46,609 bases of DNA from Myxococcales bacterium (GCA_038320275.1 JBBQEB010000009.1:1-46609), one strand, 5' to 3'; shown: positions 11,827 through 22,228, numbered from the stretch's first letter. Notes: generated from the sequence alone by a model not told the origin. Numbers and translations: made by a program.

Positions 11827-13653
11827 TTAGCCTGCGCGCGAGGTTCCTGTCTGCCGCGGCTCCAGCACCGCGGTATTGCGCCGGGTGTGGACCACCAAGG
11901 CGCGCCCCGCCTGCAGCTTATAACTCCGGGCGTTGCGGATGCCATTCCACCGGCAGAGCTCGTCCACCGCCACCCCGAAGCGCTGGGCGATGCCCCAGAG
12001 CGAGTCGCCGGAACGAATCCGGATGGTGGTCCGCGCGGCCGAGACGCTCGAGGAGGAGCTTCCGGGGGACCGCCCGGGGGAGGAGGCGAGCACGGTCTTC
12101 TTGCCGCCGCCGCGGCTGCCGCCGGCCTTGCGCGAGCGGGAGCCCCTGGGCTCCGGGCGGCTCGCCTGGGCGGCGCGCTCGGCAGACGCGAAGGCGACGC
12201 CCTGCTCGCGGGCGAGCGCGTTCATGGGGATGACGAGCTCCGTCCCCGCCGGGATGCGCCGCGCCGGCCGCAGCCCGTTCACATGGACCAGCGTCCTCTC
12301 GTCGATGCGGTACGCCCGCGCGATGGTGCGCAGCGACTCGCCGCGGGCCACCCTGTGCTGCGAGAAGGCGAGCTTGCCGGTGCTCTCGGCGATGGCGGGC
12401 CAGGCCTGCGCGAACGCCTCGCCGCGGCCCTTGGGGATCTTGATGGCGAACGGGCGCGGCGGCGTGCAGGTGCGGCGCAGCTCGGGGTTGAGCTCGAGGA
12501 GCGATTTTTCGGGCAGCGCGACGGCGCGCGCAACGGCGGAGAGCGGCGTGGCGCGGTCGATGGTGACGCGCTCGTACTCCTGCCACGCCTCGGGCTCGAT
12601 CTCGGCGCGCGTGAACCCGAACGCCTCCGGGTGCTTGGTGATGATGGCGGCCGCCATGAGCTTGGGAACGTAGCCCTTCGTCTCGCCCTTCAGCACCCGC
12701 CCGCGCGCCATGGTCCAGAAGTCGGTCTCCCCCCTGGCGCGCGCCTTGAAGATCTTGCCCACGCCCGCGTTGTAGCCGGCCCAGGCGAGGCGCCAGTCTC
12801 CGGTCTGCCGGTAGAGCTCCTTGAGGTACTTCGCCGCGCCGCGGGCGGCCTTCTCCGGATCGCGGCGCTCGTCCACCCAGAAATCCTGGCGGAGGCCCAT
12901 GCGCTTGCCGGTCTCCGGGATGAACTGCCACGGGCCGACCGCCTTGGCCCTGCTGGTGGCGAGGTTCGCGAAGCCGCTCTCGATCATGGCGAGGTAGACG
13001 GTGTCCTCCGGCAGCCCCTCCTCGCGCAGGATGCGGCGGAAGGTGGGGATGTACCGGTGCGAGCGCCCCAGCCACTTCACGAAGTGCTTCCGCACCACCG
13101 GACCCTGGAAGAAGCGGACGTAGGCGGCCACCCCCTCGTTTACGTCGATGGGGATGTCGTACTCGGCCTGGAGCTGGCGAAGGTCGTGATCGAGCTCGGG
13201 GAGGAGCGCGATGCGGCCGCCTGCCAGGCCCGTCGCGACGTCCCGCTCGAGCACGTCCCTGAGGCGGCGGCGAAGCGGGGAGTCGAGGCCAAGCTGGGAG
13301 GCGGCCCGCGAGGCGGGATCCTCCGGGACGACGGGGTCGCTGACGTGGGCGCTCTCCTCGGCCGCGCGAACCTGCTCGAGCTCGGCGGACTCGGCCTTGA
13401 CCTCCCGGTCGATGACGGGGGCGTCGGGGAGGGCGTCGAGCTCGGGCTCGTCCTGGTCGGGGATCGCGCTGCCCGCGACAGCCGTCGACGCAGCGGGCGG
13501 CGTTTCGGCGACTCGCGGAGCGGCGGGGGCGGCTTCGACGGCAGGTGCCCCCTCCGGCGCGCTCACCACCGTGTCCGTCGTGTCCGCGGCAGCAGGGCCG
13601 ACGCTCACGGCGAGCGCCGCGGCAAGGCAAAGGCGTCGAAGTTTGTAGAGCAT
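11827..13653 (-). CDS. mltD: MltD-like lytic murein transglycosylase with LysM domains
   Basis: LAMIESGF, AVGPWQFI, AGYNAG, ETKGYVPK, LNPEL; LysM repeats (HRVARGESLRTIA, IRSGDSLWGIA). Confidence 0.9.
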   Translation of the reverse strand: MLYKLRRLCLAAALAVSVGPAAADTTDTVVSAPEGAPAVEAAPAAPRVAETPPAASTAVAGSAIPDQDEPELDALPDAPVIDREVKAESAELEQVRAAEESAHVSDPVVPEDPASRAASQLGLDSPLRRRLRDVLERDVATGLAGGRIALLPELDHDLRQLQAEYDIPIDVNEGVAAYVRFFQGPVVRKHFVKWLGRSHRYIPTFRRILREEGLPEDTVYLAMIESGFANLATSRAKAVGPWQFIPETGKRMGLRQDFWVDERRDPEKAARGAAKYLKELYRQTGDWRLAWAGYNAGVGKIFKARARGETDFWTMARGRVLKGETKGYVPKLMAAAIITKHPEAFGFTRAEIEPEAWQEYERVTIDRATPLSAVARAVALPEKSLLELNPELRRTCTPPRPFAIKIPKGRGEAFAQAWPAIAESTGKLAFSQHRVARGESLRTIARAYRIDERTLVHVNGLRPARRIPAGTELVIPMNALAREQGVAFASAERAAQASRPEPRGSRSRKAGGSRGGGKKTVLASSPGRSPGSSSSSVSAARTTIRIRSGDSLWGIAQRFGVAVDELCRWNGIRNARSYKLQAGRALVVHTRRNTAVLEPRQTGTSRAG

Positions 13654-14026
13654 GCGTTCCCTTGGTTGCTTCCCCGCGGCCACCCGGACCAGCAGCCCAG
13701 TCGGGGTCCCCATGGTAATGGCGACCGGCGAGTAGAGGAAATCCCGGGCAAGCGCGGCCGTCTAGCCACCGGCCAGCCGAGCGGGCACTACAGCGCCTCT
13801 CATGGGCTGGGTCGGATAAGCGCTTGCTCCCGACGATTCAGGAACAGGCGACGGGGGCACGGGCCGATGGGGTACGCGCGCCCGCCCAGTCGGAGCGCCG
13901 TCTCTCCGGCCTTTTTCCGCCTCTTCTGTCCTCCCGGAGACGGTGGATGGTTGCGCCTTTCCGCGCGGCAGGCTAACTCCGAGCGGCCTTCCGCTCCGCC
14001 CCTTCGCGGTCGAGGCCGGGGTCGTG

Positions 14027-15085
14027 ATGCAGATCGGGCCTTATCGATTTCAGGGTCGATTCTTCCTGGCACCGCTCGCGGGCGTCTCCGACCGGCCGTT
14101 CCGGACCCTCTGCCGATCGATGGGTGCTGCTTTCACCTACACTGAAATGGTGTCTGCTCACGGGCTCCTGCACGGCGCCCGGCGCACCCTCGGCTACCTC
14201 GATCGGGACGAGGAGGAGACGCCTTTCGCGGTCCAGCTCTTCGCCGCGGAGCCCGACGTCCTGGCCCGGGGGGCCGAGGCTGCAGTCCGGCACGGGGCGG
14301 GCCTCATCGATCTCAACATGGCGTGCCCGGTGAAAAAGGTGTGCGGCTCGGGGGCGGGCGCGGCGCTCGCCCGCCATCCGGAGCTCGTCGAGCGGGCCGT
14401 GAGCGCGGTGAGGATTGCCTCCGGGGTCCCGGTGACGGTGAAGATCCGGGCCGGGTGGGACGAGGCCAGCATCAACTGCGTCGAGGTGGCCCGCGCCGCT
14501 GCATCGGGGGGCGCGAGCGCGGTGGCGCTGCACGGGCGCACCCGGGCGCAGGGGTACGCAGGGCGAGCGCGCTGGGATCTGGTCGGTGAGGTGAAGCGGG
14601 CCATCGACGTGCCGGTGCTGGGATCGGGGGACGTCTGGACCGCCGCGGACGCCCGCCGCATGGCCGAGGAGACGGGCTGCGACGCGGTGCTGGTAGCCCG
14701 CGGGGCCTGCGGAAATCCGTGGATCTTCCGCGAGCTCGCGCGCGCCGAGCGGGGGGAGGCGGGCGGAGAGCCCACCCGCGACGAGTGGGCGGAGCTCCTC
14801 GACAGACACGTGGCGCTCCAGATCGAGCACCGCCGACGCCACGCGCCAGGTGAGGGGGCGCTCGCTTCGGAGGCGCACGCGGTCCGGGAGCTCCGCCGGC
14901 ACCTGCTCTGGTACAGCCGCGGTCGGCGGGGAGGCGTCCGCTTCAGGAGGGAGGCGGGTGAGCTCGCCACGGCCGACGACGTGCGGCGGCTGGTGGACCT
15001 GCACTTCCCGCCGGGAGGCGACGCCTTCGCGGTGGACCCGGCGCTTTCTCGGGGCGGCGCCGACGCGAGAGGCGCCGAAGCATGA
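14027..15085 (+). CDS. dusB: tRNA-dihydrouridine synthase B-like
   Basis: LAPLAGVSDRPFR, IDLNMACPVKKV, VTVKIRAGW, LHGRT, RGACGNPWIF. Confidence 0.92.
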   Translation: MQIGPYRFQGRFFLAPLAGVSDRPFRTLCRSMGAAFTYTEMVSAHGLLHGARRTLGYLDRDEEETPFAVQLFAAEPDVLARGAEAAVRHGAGLIDLNMACPVKKVCGSGAGAALARHPELVERAVSAVRIASGVPVTVKIRAGWDEASINCVEVARAAASGGASAVALHGRTRAQGYAGRARWDLVGEVKRAIDVPVLGSGDVWTAADARRMAEETGCDAVLVARGACGNPWIFRELARAERGEAGGEPTRDEWAELLDRHVALQIEHRRRHAPGEGALASEAHAVRELRRHLLWYSRGRRGGVRFRREAGELATADDVRRLVDLHFPPGGDAFAVDPALSRGGADARGAEA

Positions 15086-15116
15086 CGCCGGCAGTCCACA
15101 CCGGGCGAGCTCCGCC

Positions 15117-15944
15117 GTGACCGGCGCGCAATCCCTCGCCATCTATGCCGTGGCCATCCTGGCGGGAAGTCTCGCCGGCGGCGCCATCCCGCTCCTGGGC
15201 GGAGCTCGCCGGAGCGACGCCCTCCTCGCCTTCTCGGCCGGGGTCATGCTGGGCGCCGCCTTCCTCCACATGATCCCGGAGGCGCTCGCGGGCGCCGGCC
15301 TCCTCGCCATACCCGCCACCGCGGCGGGCTTCCTCGCGCTGTACCTGCTGGAGCGCTACGTGCTCGTCCACGTCTGCGGGCCGCGGGACGCGGGAGGCGG
15401 ACAGGCCCCGCCCCGCGTGCCGCCGCAGGGGCCGGACCGCCTGCCGGCTCCGCCGGAGACGCTCGCGTCGCACCACGGTCAGCCGGGCGACCACGTCCAC
15501 ACGCTCGGCCTGTCCGCCTGGGTGGGGCTCTCCCTGCACACGCTCGTCGATGGCTTCGCGCTGGGAGCCGCCACCGAACAGCGCGCGCTCGGATTCTTCG
15601 TCTTCCTGGCCATCCTGGCCCACAAGATCCCGAACTCCTTCTCGCTCTCCGCCATCCTGCGCGCGGAGGGGTACGGCCGCGGGCGTGCGCTGCTCATGAA
15701 CGCCAGCTTCGGGCTCATGGTGCCGGCCGGCGCAGCGCTCTACCTCGCGCTGCGGCGCTTCGTGCACGCGCCCACCTTCACCGCGCTGGCGCTCGGGGTG
15801 AGCGCGGGCACCTTCCTGCACCTCGCGCTCTCCGACCTCCTCCCCGACCTTCGCCGGCGCAGCGCTTCGCGCGCGAAGCTGGCGGCGGCGCTGGCGGCCG
15901 GTGTGGCGGTGATGGCCTTCCTGCGGCTCATTCACGCGGAGTGA
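15117..15944 (+). CDS. ZIP-family metal (Zn/Fe) transporter
   Basis: FSAGVMLGAAFLHMIPEA, LHTLVDG, ILAHKIP, SAGTFL; His-containing cytoplasmic loop. Confidence 0.92.
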   Translation: MTGAQSLAIYAVAILAGSLAGGAIPLLGGARRSDALLAFSAGVMLGAAFLHMIPEALAGAGLLAIPATAAGFLALYLLERYVLVHVCGPRDAGGGQAPPRVPPQGPDRLPAPPETLASHHGQPGDHVHTLGLSAWVGLSLHTLVDGFALGAATEQRALGFFVFLAILAHKIPNSFSLSAILRAEGYGRGRALLMNASFGLMVPAGAALYLALRRFVHAPTFTALALGVSAGTFLHLALSDLLPDLRRRSASRAKLAAALAAGVAVMAFLRLIHAE

Positions 15945-15968
15945 TCGTCCGCGCTGCCCGGGGGCCGG

Positions 15969-17333
15969 CTATGCGACCCGCAGGTACGCCGCCAGCGCAC
16001 GAGGCCCGCCCCGCCGGAACACCTCCAGGGCGTCGTCCGCGGGCGAGCGGCCGCTCTCGGTGCGCTCGCGCAGCGGCTCCAGCCACACCCGCTCGTCCTG
16101 GCCTCTGCTGCCGCAGCAGTGCTGGCGGCAGAGCCCGCGGGCGGCGCTCTCCACCAGGTCGCGGGCCACCTCGCGCAGGGGGCGGCCACCCGGCAGGCGC
16201 GCCCCCAGCCCGTCGCGTCCGGCGTCGCGCATGAGCGCGCGGCGGTCGTCGAGCGCGAGCCCTTCGAGGAGGGCCAGCGCCTCCGCGCGCGCCGGGGCGT
16301 CGTAGAGGATGCCCTTCCACAAGGCGGCCAGCGCCTTGGTCATCGGGGCGTCGACCGAGTCGGCTGCGCGGACCTCCACCACACCCTTCACCCGAACGTC
16401 CGGGAAGAGCGTGGAGAGGTGGTCCTCCCAGTCGAGGAGCGTCGGGCGCGAGCCAGCCAACCCCTCGGAGAGGAAGCGCCGGAAGGTGAACCCCGCCGTG
16501 TCGACGTACCGGCCGTCCCGGCGGAGGAAGATCATGGGCACGTCGAGCGCCCATTCCGCATAGGCGCGGTACGGGTCGTCGAGGAAGCCGGGCTCGAAGG
16601 CGAACCCCAGCAGCCCCGACCGCGTGACGTCCACGTCTTCCCAGACCGCCGCGCGGAAGCTCTTCCAGCCCGAGGCGCGGCCGTTCACCACCGGCGCGTT
16701 CGCGTACAGGGCGGCGACGGCCGGCTGGACCGCGAGCGCGGTTCTGAGCTTCTCTGCCATGTCGCGCTCGGAAGAGAAGTCGTACGACACCTGCACCGAG
16801 GCGGTCATCGCCATCATGTCCTCGCCGCGCGCGCCGCGGGCGGCGAGGAACGGCCGCATGACGAGGTAGCGCGCCTTCGGCATCCACTGCGCGGTGGCGG
16901 GAGTGCCCCAGGGCCGGTACCCGGTGGCGAGCAGCTCGATGCCCAGTTCCTCCCCGATCGCGCGGCACTTCTCGAGGTGCCGGTCGAGCTCGGACGCCAC
17001 GCAGTGCACGTCGGCGAAGGGGCGGCCCGAGAGCTCGATCTGGCCGCCTGGCTCGATGGAGATGGTGAGCCCCGTCCTCTGCGCGGCGATGACGTTCCCA
17101 TCGTCCTCGAAGGGCTCGTATTCGAAGCGCCCGAACCCGAGCAGGAAGGCCTGGATGCCGCGGGCACCGCCGTACGGCACCGGGTCGAGCCCGCCCGCGA
17201 TGAGCGGGATCTTCTCGTGCTCGAGCCCCACCTTCCACTCCGACGGCGGGCGCTCCCGCGCGCGGAACCATCCCACGAGATCGCCGACGCCGCGGACCGG
17301 CGGGCTCTCGCCTATCCGGCGGTCGAGCGACAT
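15969..17333 (-). CDS. gshA: Glutamate--cysteine ligase (plant/alphaproteobacterial GCS2 type)
   Basis: VGLEHEK, SIEPGGQIELSG, WMPKARY, QVSYDFSSE, WEDHLSTLFPDVRVK, EVRAAD. Confidence 0.9.
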   Translation of the reverse strand: MSLDRRIGESPPVRGVGDLVGWFRARERPPSEWKVGLEHEKIPLIAGGLDPVPYGGARGIQAFLLGFGRFEYEPFEDDGNVIAAQRTGLTISIEPGGQIELSGRPFADVHCVASELDRHLEKCRAIGEELGIELLATGYRPWGTPATAQWMPKARYLVMRPFLAARGARGEDMMAMTASVQVSYDFSSERDMAEKLRTALAVQPAVAALYANAPVVNGRASGWKSFRAAVWEDVDVTRSGLLGFAFEPGFLDDPYRAYAEWALDVPMIFLRRDGRYVDTAGFTFRRFLSEGLAGSRPTLLDWEDHLSTLFPDVRVKGVVEVRAADSVDAPMTKALAALWKGILYDAPARAEALALLEGLALDDRRALMRDAGRDGLGARLPGGRPLREVARDLVESAARGLCRQHCCGSRGQDERVWLEPLRERTESGRSPADDALEVFRRGGPRALAAYLRVA

Positions 17334-17439
17334 GGGGGCGGTTGTAGGAAGCGCGAGCGCCAGGCGCCATCGGCGATGCGAAGGATCACACCGCGAGAGG
17401 GGCAGGGCTCGCGAACCTGGATGGTAGATTCGCGGCGGG

Positions 17440-19020
17440 ATGAACGACGCCACTGCGACCGCGGGGGACCGCGCGGCGAGGATGCCGCGGCAGGTGCCCT
17501 TCATCATCGGGAACGAGGCGTGCGAGCGCTTCAGCTTCTACGGGATGCGCAACATCCTCACCCCGTTCCTGGTGACGAGCCTCCTGCTGTACGCGCCCAT
17601 CGCCGAGCGCGCGGGGATGGCCAAGGAGGTCTTCCACTCGTTCGTCATCGGCGTGTACTTCTTCCCGCTGCTGGGGGGCTGGATCTCCGACCGCTGGTCG
17701 GGGAAGTACCGGACCATCCTCTGGCTCTCCCTCGTCTACTGCGCGGGCCACGCCTGCCTGGCGGCCTTCGAGTCGAACCGCACCGGCTTCTACGCCGGCC
17801 TCCTTCTCATCGCGCTCGGGTCGGGCGGCATCAAGCCGCTCGTCTCGTCCTTCGTCGGCGACCAGTTCGACCAGCGCAACAAGGACAAGGCGAAGCTCGT
17901 CTACGACGCGTTCTACTGGACCATCAACTTCGGCTCCTTCTTCGCGTCCCTGCTCATGCCCCGCATCCTGCGCGGCTGGGGCGCCGCCTGGGCGTTCGGC
18001 ATCCCCGGCATCCTGATGTTCGCCGCCACCGTCATCTTCTGGGCCGGACGCCGGAGCTACGTGGTCGTGCCGCGGGCGCCGCCGGATGCGGACGGCTTCC
18101 TCCCGGTCGCCCTGAGCGCCCTGCGCTCGCGCGGCCGCGCCGGTCCCGGGCTCCTGGTGGCGGTGCTGGGCGTGGCCCTCTCGCTCGTCTCGCTCCTCTC
18201 CATCCCGCGGGTCGGCGTCATCATCGGGATCTGCCTCGCGCTCGGGGCGCTGCTGCTCTTCGGCGGCGCGGGCACGGCGATGCAGCTCGAGGGCGCGCGC
18301 GCCCGCCACCCGGCGGCGGCGGTGGAGGGCGTGCGGGCCGTGCTGCGCGTCCTCGTCGTCTTCGCGCTGGTGACGCCCTTCTGGTCGCTCTTCGACCAGA
18401 AGGCGTCCACCTGGGTGCTGCAGGGAAACGAGATGGTGATGCTCCGGGCGGGCTCCTGGCTCGGGTGGCTGGTGACGGAGCCCGCGCAGATGCAGGCGCT
18501 GAATCCACTCCTGGTGATGGTCCTCATCCCCTTCAACAACCTCGCCCTCTTTCCGGCGCTGCGCCGCCTCGGCCTCGAGCCCACCGCGCTCCGGCGCATG
18601 GGCACGGGCATCGCCCTCGCCGCGCTCGCCTGGGTAGCGGCGGGAGCCATCCAGCTCGCGATCGACGGCGGCGCGCGCCTGCCCATCACCTGGCAGGTGG
18701 TCCCCTACGTGCTCCTCACCCTGGGCGAGGTGCTCGTCTCCGCCACCGGCCTCGAGTTCGCGTACAGCCAGGCGCCCGCGACCATGAAGGGCACCATCAT
18801 GAGCTTCTGGAGCCTGGCGGTGACCTTCGGCAACCTGTGGGTGCTCATCACGAATGCCGTCGTGCGAGACCCCGGGGTCCTGCGCCGGATCGCGACCACC
18901 GGGTTGGGCCAGACCGCGTTTCTCATGTTCTTCTTCGCGGCCCTCGCCTCCGCCGCCGCCCTGGCGTTCGCCCTGTATGCCCGGCACTACCCGATGCAGG
19001 ACCACTACCGGAGGGGATGA
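17440..19020 (+). CDS. POT/PTR-family proton-dependent oligopeptide transporter
   Basis: EACERFSFYGMR (ExxERFxYY), GSGGIKP, FYWTINFGS, TGLEFAYSQAP. Confidence 0.95.
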   Translation: MNDATATAGDRAARMPRQVPFIIGNEACERFSFYGMRNILTPFLVTSLLLYAPIAERAGMAKEVFHSFVIGVYFFPLLGGWISDRWSGKYRTILWLSLVYCAGHACLAAFESNRTGFYAGLLLIALGSGGIKPLVSSFVGDQFDQRNKDKAKLVYDAFYWTINFGSFFASLLMPRILRGWGAAWAFGIPGILMFAATVIFWAGRRSYVVVPRAPPDADGFLPVALSALRSRGRAGPGLLVAVLGVALSLVSLLSIPRVGVIIGICLALGALLLFGGAGTAMQLEGARARHPAAAVEGVRAVLRVLVVFALVTPFWSLFDQKASTWVLQGNEMVMLRAGSWLGWLVTEPAQMQALNPLLVMVLIPFNNLALFPALRRLGLEPTALRRMGTGIALAALAWVAAGAIQLAIDGGARLPITWQVVPYVLLTLGEVLVSATGLEFAYSQAPATMKGTIMSFWSLAVTFGNLWVLITNAVVRDPGVLRRIATTGLGQTAFLMFFFAALASAAALAFALYARHYPMQDHYRRG

Positions 19021-19038
19021 GGACATCCCCTCGGCGGC

Positions 19039-20244
19039 TCACATCCGCAGCAGCACCCCGGCCGCGGCCGACGCCAGGACCACCCACACCGGCTGCAGCC
19101 CGACCCTCACCAGGAGCACCAGCGCAACGAGGCCCAACCCCCAGGCGGCCGGGGTGACCATGACGCCCCGCCCCAGGAGGACAGCCGCGCTGAGCACGAG
19201 GCCGACGACGCAGGGCTGGAGCGCGTCGAGCACGTCCCGCACGCGGCCCTTCAGGTTCACGCGGGCGTAGTTGCGGCAGAGGAAGAGCATCATCGCGGCC
19301 GAGGGGGCGAAGAGGGCGACGGTGGCCGCGAGCCCGCCCCCGACCCCGCCGACCCGGTAGCCACAGAGCGTCGCCACGGTTGCGATCGGGCCCGGGGTGA
19401 TGTTGGCCAGCGCCACCCCTTCGCGAAACTCCGCTGCGGTCATCCAGCCGAGCTCCACCACCAGGCGCTGATAGAGCAGGGGGATGATGGTGTACGCGCC
19501 GCCCACCCAGGTCGCCCCGATCTTCAGGCACGACACCGTGAGCTCGCGCATCGACACGGCCGCAGCGGCCGCGGGCACCGCGAGCCCGATGAGGACCGGC
19601 GGGAAGGCCAGAGCGCGGCGAGGCCCCTTTGGCTCCCCGTTCGCATCGGCGCGCGCCGGGCCGGTTCCGAGCAGCCGCTCGCGCCCCAGCGCGAGGCCCG
19701 CCAGGGCCCCCGCCCCCAGCACGTACAGGGTGCTCACGTGGGCCGCGCCGGCCGCCACGCCCAGTGCGCAGAGGAGCGCGGCGGGTGCGCTGCGCACGCT
19801 CCGCCTTCCCATCGACCAGGCGGCTCCGAGCACGAGCGCGATGACGGCCGGTCCGATGCCCGCCAGTGCGTGCTGCACCACCGGAGCTTCGCCGATGGCG
19901 GAGCTGAAGGCCGCCAAGAGGAGCATGAGCCCGGTCGCCGGCGTGAGGAAAGCGAGCATGGACAGCGCGCCGCCCGCGAGCCCGTGGAGCCGGTAGCCCA
20001 CGAAGCACGCGGCGTTCACCGCGTAGCCGCCCAGCACCGAGCCGAGCGCGACGCCGTGGAGGAACTCGCGCTCCGGGATGACCCGGCGTTCGTGGACGAG
20101 CTCCCGCTCCATGAAGGCGACCATCGCCATCCCGCCGCCGAAGGCGAGGAAGCCCATCTTCAGAAACGAGAGCAGGAGCTTTGGCAGCGAGATGGTGCTG
20201 CAGCTCTCGGCGGCGCCACCGGGCACGCTCTCGTCGAGGTTCAT
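19039..20244 (-). CDS. chrA: Long-chain chromate ion transporter (CHR family)
   Basis: Two homologous halves; GFLAFGGG, EFLHGVAL / EFREGVALANITPGP. Confidence 0.85.
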   Translation of the reverse strand: MNLDESVPGGAAESCSTISLPKLLLSFLKMGFLAFGGGMAMVAFMERELVHERRVIPEREFLHGVALGSVLGGYAVNAACFVGYRLHGLAGGALSMLAFLTPATGLMLLLAAFSSAIGEAPVVQHALAGIGPAVIALVLGAAWSMGRRSVRSAPAALLCALGVAAGAAHVSTLYVLGAGALAGLALGRERLLGTGPARADANGEPKGPRRALAFPPVLIGLAVPAAAAAVSMRELTVSCLKIGATWVGGAYTIIPLLYQRLVVELGWMTAAEFREGVALANITPGPIATVATLCGYRVGGVGGGLAATVALFAPSAAMMLFLCRNYARVNLKGRVRDVLDALQPCVVGLVLSAAVLLGRGVMVTPAAWGLGLVALVLLVRVGLQPVWVVLASAAAGVLLRM

Positions 20245-20331
20245 CGGGCCTGCGCCTCCTCGCCGCCCACGCTACGCCCCCGGGCGCTTCTCGTCTCGGG
20301 AACTTCGATGCCGGGACGGCGGGCCAGCCCC

Positions 20332-21981
20332 TCACCGGCCCTCCGCCCTCGCCGGCACCTCGTACACGTGGATCCCGTCTCCCTCCCAGACCGCCGGGCG
20401 CAGGAGCGCCCTCCCGGCGGCGAGCCGCGAGTCATCCACGATGACGAACCGGACCCCGAGCTCCTGGAGCGCTGGGATCGACTCGTCGGCCGGGATGGGC
20501 GGGCCGCCCACGAAGAAGGGGCGGAGGACCGGGGTGTCGGCCAGCCGGGCGTCGAGGCGCGCCGGGGCGCGGGTGACGTAACCGCCCACCTGCGGGTGGC
20601 GGTGCAGCACGCCGTGCCAGAGCTGACGCTGGGGATCGGTGGCGTCGAGCACGGCCCAGCGCTCCGGGTCGAGGGCGAGGTTGCGCAGAAAGCGCGGCGC
20701 CGGCCAGCTGGAGGTGACGAACGCGTGCGGCCAGCTCTCGGCGAGGGCGAGCGCCGCCACCGCGCAGGCGAGGACCGGCCCCCTCCGGCCGGAGCGGACG
20801 AGCTGCGCCAGCATCGCTCCGGCCGCCACAGTCACGCCCAGCGTCACGAGCCACGAGAGCCGGGTGGGGACGCCGCCGAGCCGCAGCGCGGGAAGGAGCC
20901 GCTCCAGCCAGCCGTAGGGTAGGAGCACGCCGCGGTACACCTCGCCGCCGACATGCAGGAAGGGCCCGAGCGCGAGCGCGAAGCCGAAAGCCGCCACCAG
21001 GAGCCACGCGCGCGACGCCTTGGCGCGCCACCCAGCCCCCACGGCCAGCAGCAAGGGAACGTACCCGACGTACGCGGCCGACTCGGCGGCGTTCCCGGTG
21101 AAGCGGCGCCACGCCCCGAACCCGTCCCGCCATGCGCTGGCCGCGTTCGGCACGAAGAACGACAGGAGATCCGCCGAGTAGAAGACGGCGTCGTGCGCTC
21201 CCGAGAACGGCTCCGACCGCGCCGAGCGCGCCATGCCGGCGAGGAGCCAGCCCGCAAGGGCCAGGAAGGTGAGGCCGAGCAGTACAGCGCGGCGCAGGAC
21301 GGGGCCGGAGAGGAGTCTTCGCCCTTCCGCTCGGGCCCACGCGGCGACGAGAGCCAGGGTGCCGAGCGCGCACAGGAGCAGGTGGTAGGGCGAGGCGAAG
21401 GTCGCGAGCGCGAGCCCGGCGCCGCCCAGCAGCGGCCCTCCCGGGCCACTGCGGCGGAACGTCCTCACGAGCCCCAGGAAGTAGAGCGGCGACCACTCCA
21501 TCGAGACGACGTGCAGGTGACCGAGCGCGTGCGCGAAGTGGTAGGTGCTGGTGGTGTAGAGCGCGCCGGCGAGGAAGCCTGCCAGCCGGTCCCCCCAGAG
21601 CTCGACGCACAGCAGGGATGCGGTGAGGCCAGCGAGCGGGTAGCTCGCGAAGAGGACGGCATTGTAGAGGGCCACCTCGGGGACGGCCGGGACGAGCGCC
21701 CAGGCCGGAAGGAGCGCGACTGCCGCCGGCAGATCGAAGGTCTGGAGCCATAGGGGCACGCCCCAGGGCCAGCGAAGGGCGTCGCAGAAGAAGGGCGAGG
21801 TTCCCCGCCCGAGCGCGTCCCGGAACCACCAGAAGCCCCACAGCGTCTGCCAGGCGTCTCCGCGATCCCCGCCGATCTCCCGGGTGAAGCGCGGGAGGAG
21901 AGGCCAGGTCGATGCGGCGGCCAGGGCGAGGTAACCCGCCGCGGCGGCAGTCGTCGGAAAGCGGCGGATCGCCTGGAGCAT
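20332..21981 (-). CDS. Polytopic membrane protein, GT-C/YfhO-like glycosyltransferase candidate
   Basis: About 12 hydrophobic segments, acidic motif after first TM (GDRGDAWQTLWGFWW), soluble C-terminal domain (HPQVGGY, LQELGVRFVIV). Confidence 0.6.
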   Translation of the reverse strand: MLQAIRRFPTTAAAAGYLALAAASTWPLLPRFTREIGGDRGDAWQTLWGFWWFRDALGRGTSPFFCDALRWPWGVPLWLQTFDLPAAVALLPAWALVPAVPEVALYNAVLFASYPLAGLTASLLCVELWGDRLAGFLAGALYTTSTYHFAHALGHLHVVSMEWSPLYFLGLVRTFRRSGPGGPLLGGAGLALATFASPYHLLLCALGTLALVAAWARAEGRRLLSGPVLRRAVLLGLTFLALAGWLLAGMARSARSEPFSGAHDAVFYSADLLSFFVPNAASAWRDGFGAWRRFTGNAAESAAYVGYVPLLLAVGAGWRAKASRAWLLVAAFGFALALGPFLHVGGEVYRGVLLPYGWLERLLPALRLGGVPTRLSWLVTLGVTVAAGAMLAQLVRSGRRGPVLACAVAALALAESWPHAFVTSSWPAPRFLRNLALDPERWAVLDATDPQRQLWHGVLHRHPQVGGYVTRAPARLDARLADTPVLRPFFVGGPPIPADESIPALQELGVRFVIVDDSRLAAGRALLRPAVWEGDGIHVYEVPARAEGR

Positions 21982-22228
21982 CCGGGCGGCACCTTCCCCC
22001 GCCGCTCCGACACCGCGCGTTCCGCCGCTCCGGTTCGATTCGTGCACGACCGCAGCCGTCCCCGCCCGCGATCTCCGAGCGGTCCCGGCAAAGCTTGAAG
22101 ATCTGCGGCAGCTTGTGGCGGCTCGGTCTGGCCCGCCCCCCTCCCCGCCCACCTTGCGCCGGCTCCCTCCTCACCCTAATGTCCAAGGGTTTGCAGTCGC
22201 CTTCCTCCCCGAGCCCCGGCGCCCCTTC

